This document shows positions 45,499 through 56,302 of a DNA stretch of 64,000 bases, one piece after another (position 1 is the stretch's first letter; each line of letters starts with the position of its first letter). Where the stretch lies: contig CAVYRF010000001.1 in NCBI GenBank assembly GCA_963770895.1, positions 2,008,712 through 2,072,711 of the forward strand, in the 5' to 3' direction. Under the pieces are notes generated by a model, which saw nothing but the letters and a program-made list of their open reading frames with translations, did not search any database and was not told where the DNA came from. This stretch comes from an uncultured Acidobacteriota bacterium. GTDB taxonomy: Bacteria > Acidobacteriota > Thermoanaerobaculia > Multivoradales > UBA5704. Position numbers and translations under genes: made by a program.

Positions 45499-47484
45499 CT
45501 AGCGCACGATCCACCAGAAGAGCACGATCACTCCGACGAAGAAGTAGAGCGCGTAGTTGCGGACGTTGCCGGTGGTCGACAGGCTGCCCAGGTCGCCGCT
45601 GGCGCGCGTCACCGCGGCGCCGGCGCGCACCGAGCCGTCGATGACCAGGGCGTCGACGACGCGATAGAACACCCACGACAGGCCGTACAGCGGCTTGACC
45701 ACCAGGGCGTCGTAGATCTCGTCGACGTACCACTTGTTGGCGAGCAGCCGGTGGAGCGTCGGGAACCGCGCTTCGAAGCGGGCTCCCCGCTCGAAACCAT
45801 TGGCGCCGCCGTCGCCGCCGTAGATCGACCGGGCCAGCAGGATGCCGCCGACGGCCAGGCCGACCGACAGCAGGATCAGCACCAGGTCGGTCGCCATGCC
45901 CATCTCGGGCTCGGCGGCGGTCACCGCCTCGCCGACGCGCGCCACGATCGGCGCCAGGAACTGGTGGAACCAGTCGGTGCCGCGCAGCAGCGGCAGCTCC
46001 ACCCAGCCCGACACCACGGCGCCGACCGCCAGGATGACCAAAGGCACGGTCATCACCGGCGGCGATTCGTGCAGGTGGTGCTCCTGCTCGTGGGTGCCGC
46101 GGAAGGTGCCGTTGAAGGTCAGGTTGACGGCGCGGAACATGTAGAACGCCGTCAGGCCGGCGGTGATCCAGCCCACCCCCCAGAACAGCCAGTGCAGCGG
46201 CATGCCCGAGGCCGCCGCCGACGCCAGGATCTCGTCCTTGCTGAAGAAGCCGGCGAACACCGGGATGCCGGCCAGCGCCAGCGAACCGATCACGAACGTG
46301 CGATAGGTGATCGGCATGTGTTTCTTGAGGCCGCCCATCTTCTGCATGTCCTGCTCGCCGCCCATGGCATGGATCACCGACCCGGACCCCAGGAAGAGCA
46401 GCGCCTTGAAGAAGGCGTGGGTCATGACGTGGAAGAGCGCCGCCGAAAAGGCGCCGACGCCCACCGCCAGGAACATGTAGCCCAGCTGCGACACCGTCGA
46501 GTAGGCGAGCACCTTCTTGATGTCGTTCTGCGCCATGCCGATGGTGGCGGCGAGCAGCGCCGTGGCGGTGCCGATGATCGCCACGAACAGCGACACGCCG
46601 GGCGCCAGCTGGAAGATGACGTTGGCGCGCACCGCCATGTAGACGCCGGCGGTGACCATCGTCGCGGCATGGATCAGCGCCGACACCGGCGTCGGGCCGG
46701 CCATCGCGTCAGGCAGCCAGACGTAGAGCGGGATCTGGGCGCTCTTGCCCATCGCCCCGACGAAGAAGCAGATGGCGACGAAGGCGGCGAACGACAGGCC
46801 GCCGGCGTAGGCCGCCGTGCCGATCGCGGGATCCGCCGCCAGGCGCGGGAAGATGCCGCTGAAGTCGAGCGTGCCGAAGCGCGAGATCAGCGCGAACATG
46901 CCGATGAGAAAGGCGAAGTCGCCCACCCGGTTGACGATGAACGCCTTCTTGCCGGCGTAGGGCGGGAACTCCTGGTCGTAATAGAAACCGATCAGCAGGT
47001 AGGAGCACAGCCCCACCCCTTCCCAGCCGACGAACATGACCAGGAAGTTGTTGCCCAGAACCAGCGTCAGCATCGCCGACATGAACAGGTTGAGGTAGCA
47101 GAAAAAGCGCGCGTAGCCTTCGTCGTGGCTCATGTAGCCGACGGAGTAGACGTGGATCAGGAAGCCGACGAAGGTGACGATTCCCAGCATGACAGCCGAC
47201 AGCGGATCGAGCAGGAACGCGACGTTGATCGCCAGGCCGCCGCCCCCCTGCGCCGCCGCGGTCGTCCACGCGTAGGCGATCTTTTCGACCGCGTGCGGAT
47301 ACAGACCGCCGCCCAGGTACTGCCACAGGCAGGCCGCGGTGACCAGGAGCGATCCCAGCGGCGCGCCCAGCGCGATCGCCGTGATCAGCGTCCTGGGCTG
47401 CCCGCGCCGCGCCAGCAGGCCGTTGATCGCGGCGCCGGCGAAGGGCAGGAAGGGGATGAGCCAGAGATAGTCGAGTGCTTGCAT
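45499..47484 (-). CDS. nuoL: NADH-quinone oxidoreductase subunit L
   Basis: 661 aa. N-terminus LIPFLPFAGAAINGL, and the motif GKSAQIPLYVWLPDAMAGPTPVSALIHAATMV. Confidence 0.95.
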   Translation of the reverse strand: MQALDYLWLIPFLPFAGAAINGLLARRGQPRTLITAIALGAPLGSLLVTAACLWQYLGGGLYPHAVEKIAYAWTTAAAQGGGGLAINVAFLLDPLSAVMLGIVTFVGFLIHVYSVGYMSHDEGYARFFCYLNLFMSAMLTLVLGNNFLVMFVGWEGVGLCSYLLIGFYYDQEFPPYAGKKAFIVNRVGDFAFLIGMFALISRFGTLDFSGIFPRLAADPAIGTAAYAGGLSFAAFVAICFFVGAMGKSAQIPLYVWLPDAMAGPTPVSALIHAATMVTAGVYMAVRANVIFQLAPGVSLFVAIIGTATALLAATIGMAQNDIKKVLAYSTVSQLGYMFLAVGVGAFSAALFHVMTHAFFKALLFLGSGSVIHAMGGEQDMQKMGGLKKHMPITYRTFVIGSLALAGIPVFAGFFSKDEILASAAASGMPLHWLFWGVGWITAGLTAFYMFRAVNLTFNGTFRGTHEQEHHLHESPPVMTVPLVILAVGAVVSGWVELPLLRGTDWFHQFLAPIVARVGEAVTAAEPEMGMATDLVLILLSVGLAVGGILLARSIYGGDGGANGFERGARFEARFPTLHRLLANKWYVDEIYDALVVKPLYGLSWVFYRVVDALVIDGSVRAGAAVTRASGDLGSLSTTGNVRNYALYFFVGVIVLFWWIVR

Positions 47485-47503
47485 GGTGGTCGGCGTCCAG
47501 GCG

Positions 47504-47833
47504 TCAGTGGCGCATCAAGTTGATGCGGTTGATGTCGATGGTGCGCCGCTGGCGGTAGACGGCGATGAAGAGCGCCAGGCCCACCGCGGCTTCGGCGGCG
47601 GCGACGGCCATGACGAAGAACACCAGGATCTGGCCGGTGCGCTGGTCGAGCTGCCGCGAGTAGGCGACGAGCGTCAGGTTGGCGGCGTTCAACATCAGCT
47701 CGATCGACAAAAAGATGCTGATGCCGTTGCGCCGGGTGAGCGCTCCGACGGTGCCGATGCCGAACAGGATCACGGCCAGCAGCAGGTACCAGCTGACCGG
47801 CACCGGCATGAACAGCGGGCTGATCGGGCTCAT
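47504..47833 (-). CDS. nuoK: NADH-quinone oxidoreductase subunit K
   Basis: 109 aa with three TM helices. The SIELMLNAANL motif is present. Confidence 0.93.
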   Translation of the reverse strand: MSPISPLFMPVPVSWYLLLAVILFGIGTVGALTRRNGISIFLSIELMLNAANLTLVAYSRQLDQRTGQILVFFVMAVAAAEAAVGLALFIAVYRQRRTIDINRINLMRH

Positions 47834-48525
47834 CGCGCGTCTCCCCTGGTGGCGCCGGTGGCGCCGGTTGCGCCCGTGGCGCCGCCGGCGACAAGGCCGC
47901 CGCGGACCATCGCCGGCGTCGCTCCACCCGCCGCCCGCTCGTCGTCTTCAGCCCAGGCGGCATGCGTCGCCGCGGCCTCTTCGGAGCTGGTCGCGTGCGG
48001 CGGGCCGGCGGCGGCGACCTCTTCGGTGGTGGCGCGGCGCGCCACCACGGTGGCGCCAATGACCGCGACCAGCAGCAGCAGGCCGACGATCTCGAACGGC
48101 AGCAGGTAGGAAGCGAACATCTCCTGCGCCAGGCCGGCCAGCGACACCAGCTCTTCGGTGAGCGGCGGCGGCTTCACGCCGGCGCCCAGCCCCTGCCGCA
48201 GCAGCAGCACCAGCATGCCGGAAAACACCAGGGCGCCGACGATCGCCGTCACCAGCTGCATGCGATGGCCGCCCGGCAGCCCTTCCTCGCGGCCGACGTT
48301 GAGCAGCATGATGACGAACAGGAAGAGCACCAGGATCGCGCCGGCATAGATCAGCAGCTGCAGGGTGGCGATGAACGGCGCGCCCAGCAGGACGAACAGC
48401 ACCGCCACCGAAAACAGCGTCAGCACCAGGCTGAGCGTCGAATAGATCGGGCTGTGGTGAGCGATCACCACCAGCGACGAGCCGATCGCCAGCAGCGCGA
48501 ACAGGCCGAAGATCGCCATTTCCAT
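47830..48525 (-). CDS. nuoJ: NADH-quinone oxidoreductase subunit J (Ala/Gly-rich C-terminal extension)
   Basis: MEMAIFGLFALLAIGSSLVVI... is typical of NuoJ. Candidate ATGs are at 48525 and 48519; the track start 48564 is upstream. Confidence 0.9.
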   Translation of the reverse strand: MEMAIFGLFALLAIGSSLVVIAHHSPIYSTLSLVLTLFSVAVLFVLLGAPFIATLQLLIYAGAILVLFLFVIMLLNVGREEGLPGGHRMQLVTAIVGALVFSGMLVLLLRQGLGAGVKPPPLTEELVSLAGLAQEMFASYLLPFEIVGLLLLVAVIGATVVARRATTEEVAAAGPPHATSSEEAAATHAAWAEDDERAAGGATPAMVRGGLVAGGATGATGATGATRGDAR

Positions 48526-48574
48526 AGCTAGTGCATTCTCCCGTGTCCCCCGCGTGGTGCGCACCGCGGCACGC

Positions 48575-49594
48575 CTAAAGGACGCCCGCCAGCGTCAGCA
48601 CGGCCATCAGCAGCAGGTTGAAGATCGCGAGCGGCAACAGCACTTTCCATCCCAGCCGCATGAGCTGGTCGTAGCGGAAGCGCGGGAACGTCCAGCGCAC
48701 CCAGACGAAGAAGGCGAGGAAGGCGCCGACCTTGGCGAACAGCACGGCGATGCCGACGGCGGCGCCGACGAAACCGTTCAGATCCAGCCACGGCAGCCGC
48801 CAGCCGCCGAAGTAGAGCGTCACGCCGAGCGCCGACAGCGACGTCATGGCGATGTATTCCGACATGAAAAACGTCGCGAAGCGCATGGCGCTGTATTCGG
48901 TGTGGAACCCCGCCACCAGTTCCGACTCCGCTTCCGGCAGGTCGAACGGCAGGCGGTTGGTTTCGGCGAAGGCGGCGATCAGGAACACCAGGAAGCCCAG
49001 GATCTGCGGCACGAAGTTCCACACGTGGTGGCGCTGGTATTCGACGATGTCCGACAGCTGAAACGAGCCGACCGGCAGGATCACGGCGAGCACCGCCAGC
49101 GTCAGCGCCAGCTCGTAGCTGATCAGCTGCGACGAGGCGCGGATCGAACCGAGCAGCGAATATTTGTTGTTGGAGGCGTAGCCCGCCATCACCAGCGAGT
49201 AGACGCCCAGGCTGGCCAGGGCCAGGAACAGCAGCACGCCGGTCTGCGCCGGCGCGATCACCATCTGGAACAGGCGCCCGCGGTACACCACGTCGGGGCC
49301 GAAGGGGACGACGCAGAAGGTGGCGAGCGCCGGCAGCAGGCCCAGCACCGGCGCCATCAGGTAGAGCGGGCGATCCACCGAGGACGGCGTGACGTCCTCT
49401 TTGAACATGAACTTGACGGCGTCCGCCAGCGCCTGAAACAGGCCCAGCGGCCCCAGGCGATTGGGTCCTGGGCGGTCCTGCATCAGCGCGCTGCCGCGCC
49501 GTTCGACCCACACCATGACCGGCACGACGTTGAGCAGGATGCCCAGCGCCACCGCCAGCTTGACCGCCGTCCCGATCAGATCGGCCACCATCAC
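48575..49594 (-). CDS. nuoH: NADH-quinone oxidoreductase subunit H
   Basis: 339 aa. Contains WVERRGSALMQDRPGPNRLGPLGLFQ and AETNRLPFDLPEAESELVAGFHTEYS. Confidence 0.95.
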   Translation of the reverse strand: MMVADLIGTAVKLAVALGILLNVVPVMVWVERRGSALMQDRPGPNRLGPLGLFQALADAVKFMFKEDVTPSSVDRPLYLMAPVLGLLPALATFCVVPFGPDVVYRGRLFQMVIAPAQTGVLLFLALASLGVYSLVMAGYASNNKYSLLGSIRASSQLISYELALTLAVLAVILPVGSFQLSDIVEYQRHHVWNFVPQILGFLVFLIAAFAETNRLPFDLPEAESELVAGFHTEYSAMRFATFFMSEYIAMTSLSALGVTLYFGGWRLPWLDLNGFVGAAVGIAVLFAKVGAFLAFFVWVRWTFPRFRYDQLMRLGWKVLLPLAIFNLLLMAVLTLAGVL

Positions 49595-49646
49595 GCGAGT
49601 CCCCCGTTGCCCTTTCCGTCGATCCCGGCCGCGAACGCGAAGCCGC

Positions 49647-51341
49647 TCAGATGCCCGCCGCCGTGTCTTCCGGCCCGCTCACCTGCGGCTCCTTCCAGGC
49701 GCGCGCCGCGTCCAGGTCCAGCTGCGCGCCGGTCGCCGCCAGGTGCTGCCAGGTGAGGCCGCGGAACGCCGGGATTTCCCCCGCCAGCAGATCGAAGACC
49801 GCCGGCTCGGAGAGGTTGGCCCAGCTGGTGTCGTAGCGCGCCAGCAGCTCGCACAGCACGTCGGCCGCCGGGCGCGCCTGGCCGGTCGGCGGGAAGGCGC
49901 GCTCGAAGCGCTGCACGCGCCATTCGACGTTGACGAAGGTGCCCGCCTTTTCGGCGTGGGTCGCGGTCGGTATCGCCACGTCGGCCGCCTGCGCCAGCGG
50001 CGAGTCGGCCCAACCGAAGACGATCAGCACGCGCGCCCGGCGCAGCCGCTCGACCGTCGCCGGATCCCAGGCGCCGCGGCCGAAGTCGCTGTCGCAGACG
50101 ACCAGCACCGAACAGAGCGCCGCGGCGTCGCCGTCGAGCAGCGCCGCCGCGTCCAGGCTGGCGCCGCCGGTGCCCGAGGCGCCGTCCACCTTGCCGGCGG
50201 CCAGGCCGGCGAGTTCCGCGCCGCGCCGGTTGGGCGCCGCCTCGCGGCCGTCGATGCCGCCCTGCAGGTTGGGGATGTGCCGCTCGCGGCCGATGTCCAC
50301 GGCCACCGACCGGTGCGGCGTGCCGGCCACGTCGGCCAGCTGCGCAAAGAGATACGCCTCTTCGGTGGTGAGGAATCCCGAGCCCAGCATCGCCACGGCG
50401 CCGTCCGAGCTCTTGCTGCGCAGGTGGCGCGCCACGACGTCCAGCGCTTCCTTCCACGACACCGCCTCCGCGGTCGCGGCGCCGTCGCGGCGCAGGCGCG
50501 GCGAGGCAAGGCGCGGCACCGTGCGGTAGCGCTCGTGCGAGGCGCGCCCGTCGTCGCACATCCAGTAGTCGTTGACGTCGGGGTTGAAGCGCGGCTTGTA
50601 GCGCTTGATCGCGCCGTGACGGTGCTCGATCGTGATGTTGCAGCCGACCTCGCAGCCGGTGCACAGCGACGGCGCCTTGGCCAGGTAGAAGACGCGCTCG
50701 GCGAAGCGGAAGCGGGTGGAGGTCAGGGCGCCCACCGGGCAGATGTCGACGACGCAGGTCGCCAGCTGGTTGTCCAGCTGCTTGCCCGGAAAGGTGCCGA
50801 TCTCGGTGCGCGCGCCGCGGTTGAAGAAGCCCAGCTCGGCGGTGCCGGCGACCTCTTCGGTGAAGCGGATGCAGCGCGTGCACTGGATGCAGCGGTTCAT
50901 GTTGAGCATGACGTTGCCGCCCAGCGGGATGCGCTCGCGCCCCGGATAGGTGCGCTTGTCTTCGAACTGGAAGCGCGAAAACGACACGCCGTGCTTGAAG
51001 GCGTAGTCCTGCAGGCCGCATTCGCCCGCCTGGTCGCAGATCGGGCAGTCGAGCGGGTGGTTGATCAGCAGGAACTCCATCATCCCCTTTTGCGCTTCGC
51101 GCACTTCGGGGATGTTGGTGTGCACCACCATGCCGTCCTTGGTGACCGGCGTCGAGCAGCCGGCCTGGAGCTTGCCCATGCCGTCGATCTTGACCAGACA
51201 CATGCGGCACTGGCCGACGATCGACAGCCGCGGGTGGTAGCAGTAGTGCGGAATCTGCACGCCGACCTTGAAGGCGGCTTCGATGAGATTGGTGCCGGCC
51301 GCGACTTCCACGGTGCGGTCGTCGATGGTGACTTTGGGCAC
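49647..51341 (-). CDS. nuoG: NADH-quinone oxidoreductase subunit G (short form, 564 aa)
   Basis: N-terminal 2Fe-2S/4Fe-4S cysteine patterns (CYHPRLSIVGQCRMCLV, CPICDQAGECGLQD, CIQCTRCIRF). Confidence 0.93.
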   Translation of the reverse strand: MPKVTIDDRTVEVAAGTNLIEAAFKVGVQIPHYCYHPRLSIVGQCRMCLVKIDGMGKLQAGCSTPVTKDGMVVHTNIPEVREAQKGMMEFLLINHPLDCPICDQAGECGLQDYAFKHGVSFSRFQFEDKRTYPGRERIPLGGNVMLNMNRCIQCTRCIRFTEEVAGTAELGFFNRGARTEIGTFPGKQLDNQLATCVVDICPVGALTSTRFRFAERVFYLAKAPSLCTGCEVGCNITIEHRHGAIKRYKPRFNPDVNDYWMCDDGRASHERYRTVPRLASPRLRRDGAATAEAVSWKEALDVVARHLRSKSSDGAVAMLGSGFLTTEEAYLFAQLADVAGTPHRSVAVDIGRERHIPNLQGGIDGREAAPNRRGAELAGLAAGKVDGASGTGGASLDAAALLDGDAAALCSVLVVCDSDFGRGAWDPATVERLRRARVLIVFGWADSPLAQAADVAIPTATHAEKAGTFVNVEWRVQRFERAFPPTGQARPAADVLCELLARYDTSWANLSEPAVFDLLAGEIPAFRGLTWQHLAATGAQLDLDAARAWKEPQVSGPEDTAAGI

Positions 51342-51346
51342 GGTGA

Positions 51347-52638
<1,292 letters not shown>

Positions 52639-52639
<1 letters not shown>

Positions 52640-53259
52640 CAGGGCAGCTCCTCGACGATGCGGCGCACCGCGTCGGGGGTCAGGTTCTCGTGGTAGGTGT
52701 CGTCGATCATCATCATCGGCGCGGTGTCGCACGAGCCGAGGCATTCGAAATGGACGTAGGAGCAGCGGCCGTCCGGGGTGACTTCGTTCTCGCCGACGGC
52801 GAGCTGCCGGCGCAGCGTCTCCATGATCTCGTCGGAGCCGCGCAGCATGCACGGCAGGTTGGTGCACACGCGGATGCGGTGGCGCCCGACCTGGTGCTGG
52901 TGCAGCAGGTCGTAAAACGTCACCACGCCGTAGACCTTGGCCGGCGGCAGCTCCAGCTCGCGCGCCACGGCGGCGATCGCGGCGTCGGGCAGCCAGCCGC
53001 CCCATTCGCGCTGGGCGATGTGCAGCGCCGGGATGAGCGCCGCTTCGCGGGTCGGGTAGCGCTTCAGCAGCTGCTGCACCTGGTCGCGCGCCGCCGGGCT
53101 CCAGTCTGCGGGCGCTGCGGGATCGGTGGCGCTGGCGGCGGGGGCGGTGGCGACCTGGGTGGGTGCCGCGGCGGGCGGACCGCCGGCCGGCGGCGAGCCT
53201 GCCTTTTCAGCCGGCGTCGTGGCGCGGGCCGTCGGGTCGACGGGAGTCGGATCGCTCAT
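52639..53259 (-). CDS. nuoE: NADH-quinone oxidoreductase subunit E (Ala/Pro-rich N-terminal extension)
   Basis: 2Fe-2S pattern VCTNLPCMLRG...CLGSCDTAPMM. The ATG overlaps the nuoA stop. Confidence 0.93.
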
Positions 53260-53708
53260 GCATGCCCCTTGAGCGGGCGGGCCGGCGTCGGTCGCCCGGC
53301 GAAGGTCAGCGAAGAGGGCCGGCGGCGCTGCTCGCGCAGCGGTCCCAGGTCCAGGCCGCCCTTGATCCAGATGTAGGCGTAGCCGACCAGGATCAGGAAC
53401 ACGAACACCATCACCGCGGCGAACAGCTCCCAGCCGCCCTGCTTGAGCACCAGCGCCCAGGGATACAGGAATGCGGCTTCCAGGTCGAAGACGATGAAGT
53501 CGATCGCCACCAGGAAGAAGACGATCGAGATGCGCTTGTGGGAGCGGTCGAGCAGCGGCATTCCGGACTCGTACGGGGTGCCCTTGATGCGGCCGCCGAT
53601 CTGGTTGCCGCCGAGCTTCCCGACGAGATAGGAGAGCAGGAGGATCACGGTGCCGATGACGATCGCGATCCCGAGAGTCAGCAGGACAGGGTAGTATTGC
53701 TGAGGCAA
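53256..53708 (-). CDS. nuoA: NADH-quinone oxidoreductase subunit A
   Basis: 150 aa. YESGMPLL...VAIDFIVFDLEAAFLYPWA is characteristic of NuoA. Confidence 0.93.
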   Translation of the reverse strand: MPQQYYPVLLTLGIAIVIGTVILLLSYLVGKLGGNQIGGRIKGTPYESGMPLLDRSHKRISIVFFLVAIDFIVFDLEAAFLYPWALVLKQGGWELFAAVMVFVFLILVGYAYIWIKGGLDLGPLREQRRRPSSLTFAGRPTPARPLKGHA

Positions 53709-53875
53709 CGGGGCCTTTCCTCCGCTCGGCAGATCATTGGAATCCGCACTTGCCCTGGGCTAGTGCGGGCCGCCCGCGCAGTCGATCCGCGGCACCTTCG
53801 GGTGTCCCCCGGGTGCCCCGGAACCCCCGGCTGACAAACGGTCCGGGGCTGCTTCGGGGGCGCTTCTCTCGGGCT

Positions 53876-53891
53876 CGTGAAGAATGTCACA
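53876..53891. promoter_or_regulatory. Candidate Rex operator upstream of the nuo-rex operon
   Basis: CGTGAAGAATGTCACA matches the TGTGAA-N4-TTCACA Rex box arrangement at 5/6 + 5/6 half-site positions. It lies 168 nt upstream of the nuoA start. Confidence 0.45.
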
Positions 53892-54119
53892 AGCTCCGTC
53901 GCGATGACAAGGCGGAAGGGTATCCTCTCCGCGGCCGGCCGCTCGCACAGAGGGAGCGGCCGGGGCGAGCGCCTGCGCGGGCAGGCAGGATCGCAGCAGC
54001 GCGCCGGGTGACGGAGGATCACGGAGGAGCGGGCCAGGCATGCCGCCGCCCGCAGCCGGTTGGCTGACGGGACGACAGACTGGGAAGGGAAGGGGAAAAA
54101 CTGGATCAGCAGGAAGCGT

Positions 54120-54206
54120 TGGTGCGAAAGGGGGGACTCGAACCCCCACGACCTTGCGGCCACAAGATCCTGAATCTTGCGCGTCTACCAATTCCGCCAC
54201 TTTCGC
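54120..54206 (-). tRNA. tRNA-Leu (anticodon CAG), 87 nt with encoded CCA
   Basis: The reverse complement folds by hand: acceptor GCGAAAG/CTTTCGC, anticodon stem CAAGA/TCTTG with loop TTCAGGA, a long variable arm, T-arm GGGGG-TTCGAGT-CCCCC, and 3' ACCA. Confidence 0.93.
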
Positions 54207-54238
54207 GCGGCGGTGATTCTAGGGAGAGTTGAGCCAAG

Positions 54239-56302
54239 GTGTCAAATTCAGCGTTGGAAGAGGAACCGTCCGGGGACAAACCGGGCGAAACGATGGTCGG
54301 CACGATCGAGGCCGGCCCTGAGGCAGTGCGCGGGCGCAGCCGGAGGCGATGGGTGGTACCGTTCGACCCCAAGCTGACGGTCGACCTGCTGGTGGACGGG
54401 GCGGCGGACGTGCCGGCCGGGCAGTTCGTGGTGGTCGCGGTGGAACGGCCGCGGCGGCGAGCCGGCAGCAAGGCGGCGGCGGCTCCGTCGGCGTCGGCAG
54501 GGGGAGCGGGGGCGGCGGCGGGGGAGCTGCGCGGGCGCCTGGTCGAAGTGCTGGGCGATCTGGAGACGCCAGGGGTCGATGCCACGGTGGTGCTGCGCCA
54601 CTACGGCATTCCCGAAGCCTTCCCCGAAGAAGTGCTGGCGGCGGCGGCGGCCCTGCCCCAGGACCCGCCGGAAGCCGACTGGCGCGGGCGCCTGGACCTG
54701 CGCGACCGGGTGGTGGTGACGATCGACGGCGACAACGCGCGCGACTTCGACGACGCGGTGTCGGTCGAGCGCCGTCCGGACGGGTTGTACCGCCTGGGGG
54801 TCCACATCGCCGACGTCTCCCACTACGTGACCGACGGCAGCCCGCTGGACCGCGAAGCCTACCGGCGCGGCACCAGCGTCTACTACCCCGAGCGCGTCAT
54901 CCCGATGCTCCCCGAAGGCCTGTCCAACGGCCTCTGCTCGCTGCGGCCGGGGGTGCCGCGCCTGACGCTGTCGGCTTTTCTGGACGTCGACAGCGACGGC
55001 CAGGTGCGGGGGCGGCACTTTGCCGAGACGGTGATCCGCAGCGCCCGGCGCCTGACCTACGACGAGGTGCGGCGGGTGCTCCAGGAGCCGCGTCCCGGCG
55101 ACGACGCCGCATACGGGCCGGTCCTGGGCGCGCTGCGTGACCTGGGCGAGCTGGCGGCGGTGCTGCGCGGCGCGCGGGAGCGCCTCGGCTCGCTCGATTT
55201 CGACCTGCCCGAAGGCAACGTCGAGCTGGACACCGACGGCACCGTCGTGGGCATCCTGCCCCACGAGCGCAACGTCGCCCACCGCCTGATCGAAGAGCTG
55301 ATGGTCGCCGCCAACGAAGCCGTCGCCTACGAGCTGGCGCGGCGAGAGACCCCGGCGCTCTTTCGGGTGCACGACCCGCCCGCGCGCGAGCGACTGGAAG
55401 AGCTGGCCGAGCTGCTGCGGCCGTTGGGCATCGCCATCCAAGGCGACTTCGACGAGCTGCCGCCGGCGGCGCTGCAGGCGGTGCTGCACCAGGCCGACCA
55501 GCGCCCCGACGGCGCGCTGCTGTCGGCGCTCGTGCTGCGCACCCAGCAGCGCGCCGTGTACAGCCCCGAGTGCCGCGGCCACTACGCGCTCGCGGCGCCG
55601 TTCTACACCCACTTCACCTCGCCCATCAGGCGCTATCCCGACCTGCTGGTACACCGGCGCCTGAAGCTGCTGCTGGCCGGGCGGCACGATGCGGAGGCCG
55701 ACCGCGAGCTGGCGGCGCGCCTGCCCGAGATCGCCGACCACTGCAGCGCCACGGAGCGCCGGGCCGAGCAGTCCGAGCGCGACCTGCTGCAGTGGAAGAA
55801 GGTGCGCTTCCTGGCCGGTCGCACCGGCGAAACCTTCGCCGGACACATCACCGGCGTACAGCCGTTCGGCCTCTTCGTGCAGCTCGACCAGTTCCACGTC
55901 GACGGCCTGGTGCCGATCCGCACCCTGGCCGACGACTTCTACGTCTACGAGCCGGAATCGCACCGCCTGGTGGGGGAGCGGCGGCGGCGCGTCTTCCAGC
56001 TCGCGGACCAGGTGGACATCGTCCTCACCGGGGCCGACCTGCGCCATCGCGGCCTGGACCTGGCGATCGCCGGCATGCCGGCGCCGCCGGAACGCGCGGG
56101 CGGCGGCGCGCGCCGTGGCAGCGGCGCAGCGGGCCGGAGTGGCGGGGGCGGGGGCGGGGGCGCAAAGCGCGGCGGTGGAGGAGCCAGCCGCGGCGGTGGA
56201 GGAGCCAGCCGCGGCGGTGGAGGAGCGAGCCGCGCCGGCGGCGGAGCGAGCAGCGCCGGCGGGGGTGCCGCCCCGCGCGGGCGGTCCAGGCGGCAGCCAT
56301 GA
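54239..56302 (+). CDS. rnr: Ribonuclease R (RNB family 3'-5' exoribonuclease) with Gly/Arg-rich repeat tail
   Basis: RNB catalytic motif IDGDNARDFDDAVSV. S1 domain GHITGVQPFGLFVQLD. C-terminal GGGGASR x4-5 repeats. The start (GTG 54239 or ATG 54293) is uncertain. Confidence 0.92.
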   Translation: MSNSALEEEPSGDKPGETMVGTIEAGPEAVRGRSRRRWVVPFDPKLTVDLLVDGAADVPAGQFVVVAVERPRRRAGSKAAAAPSASAGGAGAAAGELRGRLVEVLGDLETPGVDATVVLRHYGIPEAFPEEVLAAAAALPQDPPEADWRGRLDLRDRVVVTIDGDNARDFDDAVSVERRPDGLYRLGVHIADVSHYVTDGSPLDREAYRRGTSVYYPERVIPMLPEGLSNGLCSLRPGVPRLTLSAFLDVDSDGQVRGRHFAETVIRSARRLTYDEVRRVLQEPRPGDDAAYGPVLGALRDLGELAAVLRGARERLGSLDFDLPEGNVELDTDGTVVGILPHERNVAHRLIEELMVAANEAVAYELARRETPALFRVHDPPARERLEELAELLRPLGIAIQGDFDELPPAALQAVLHQADQRPDGALLSALVLRTQQRAVYSPECRGHYALAAPFYTHFTSPIRRYPDLLVHRRLKLLLAGRHDAEADRELAARLPEIADHCSATERRAEQSERDLLQWKKVRFLAGRTGETFAGHITGVQPFGLFVQLDQFHVDGLVPIRTLADDFYVYEPESHRLVGERRRRVFQLADQVDIVLTGADLRHRGLDLAIAGMPAPPERAGGGARRGSGAAGRSGGGGGGGAKRGGGGASRGGGGASRGGGGASRAGGGASSAGGGAAPRGRSRRQP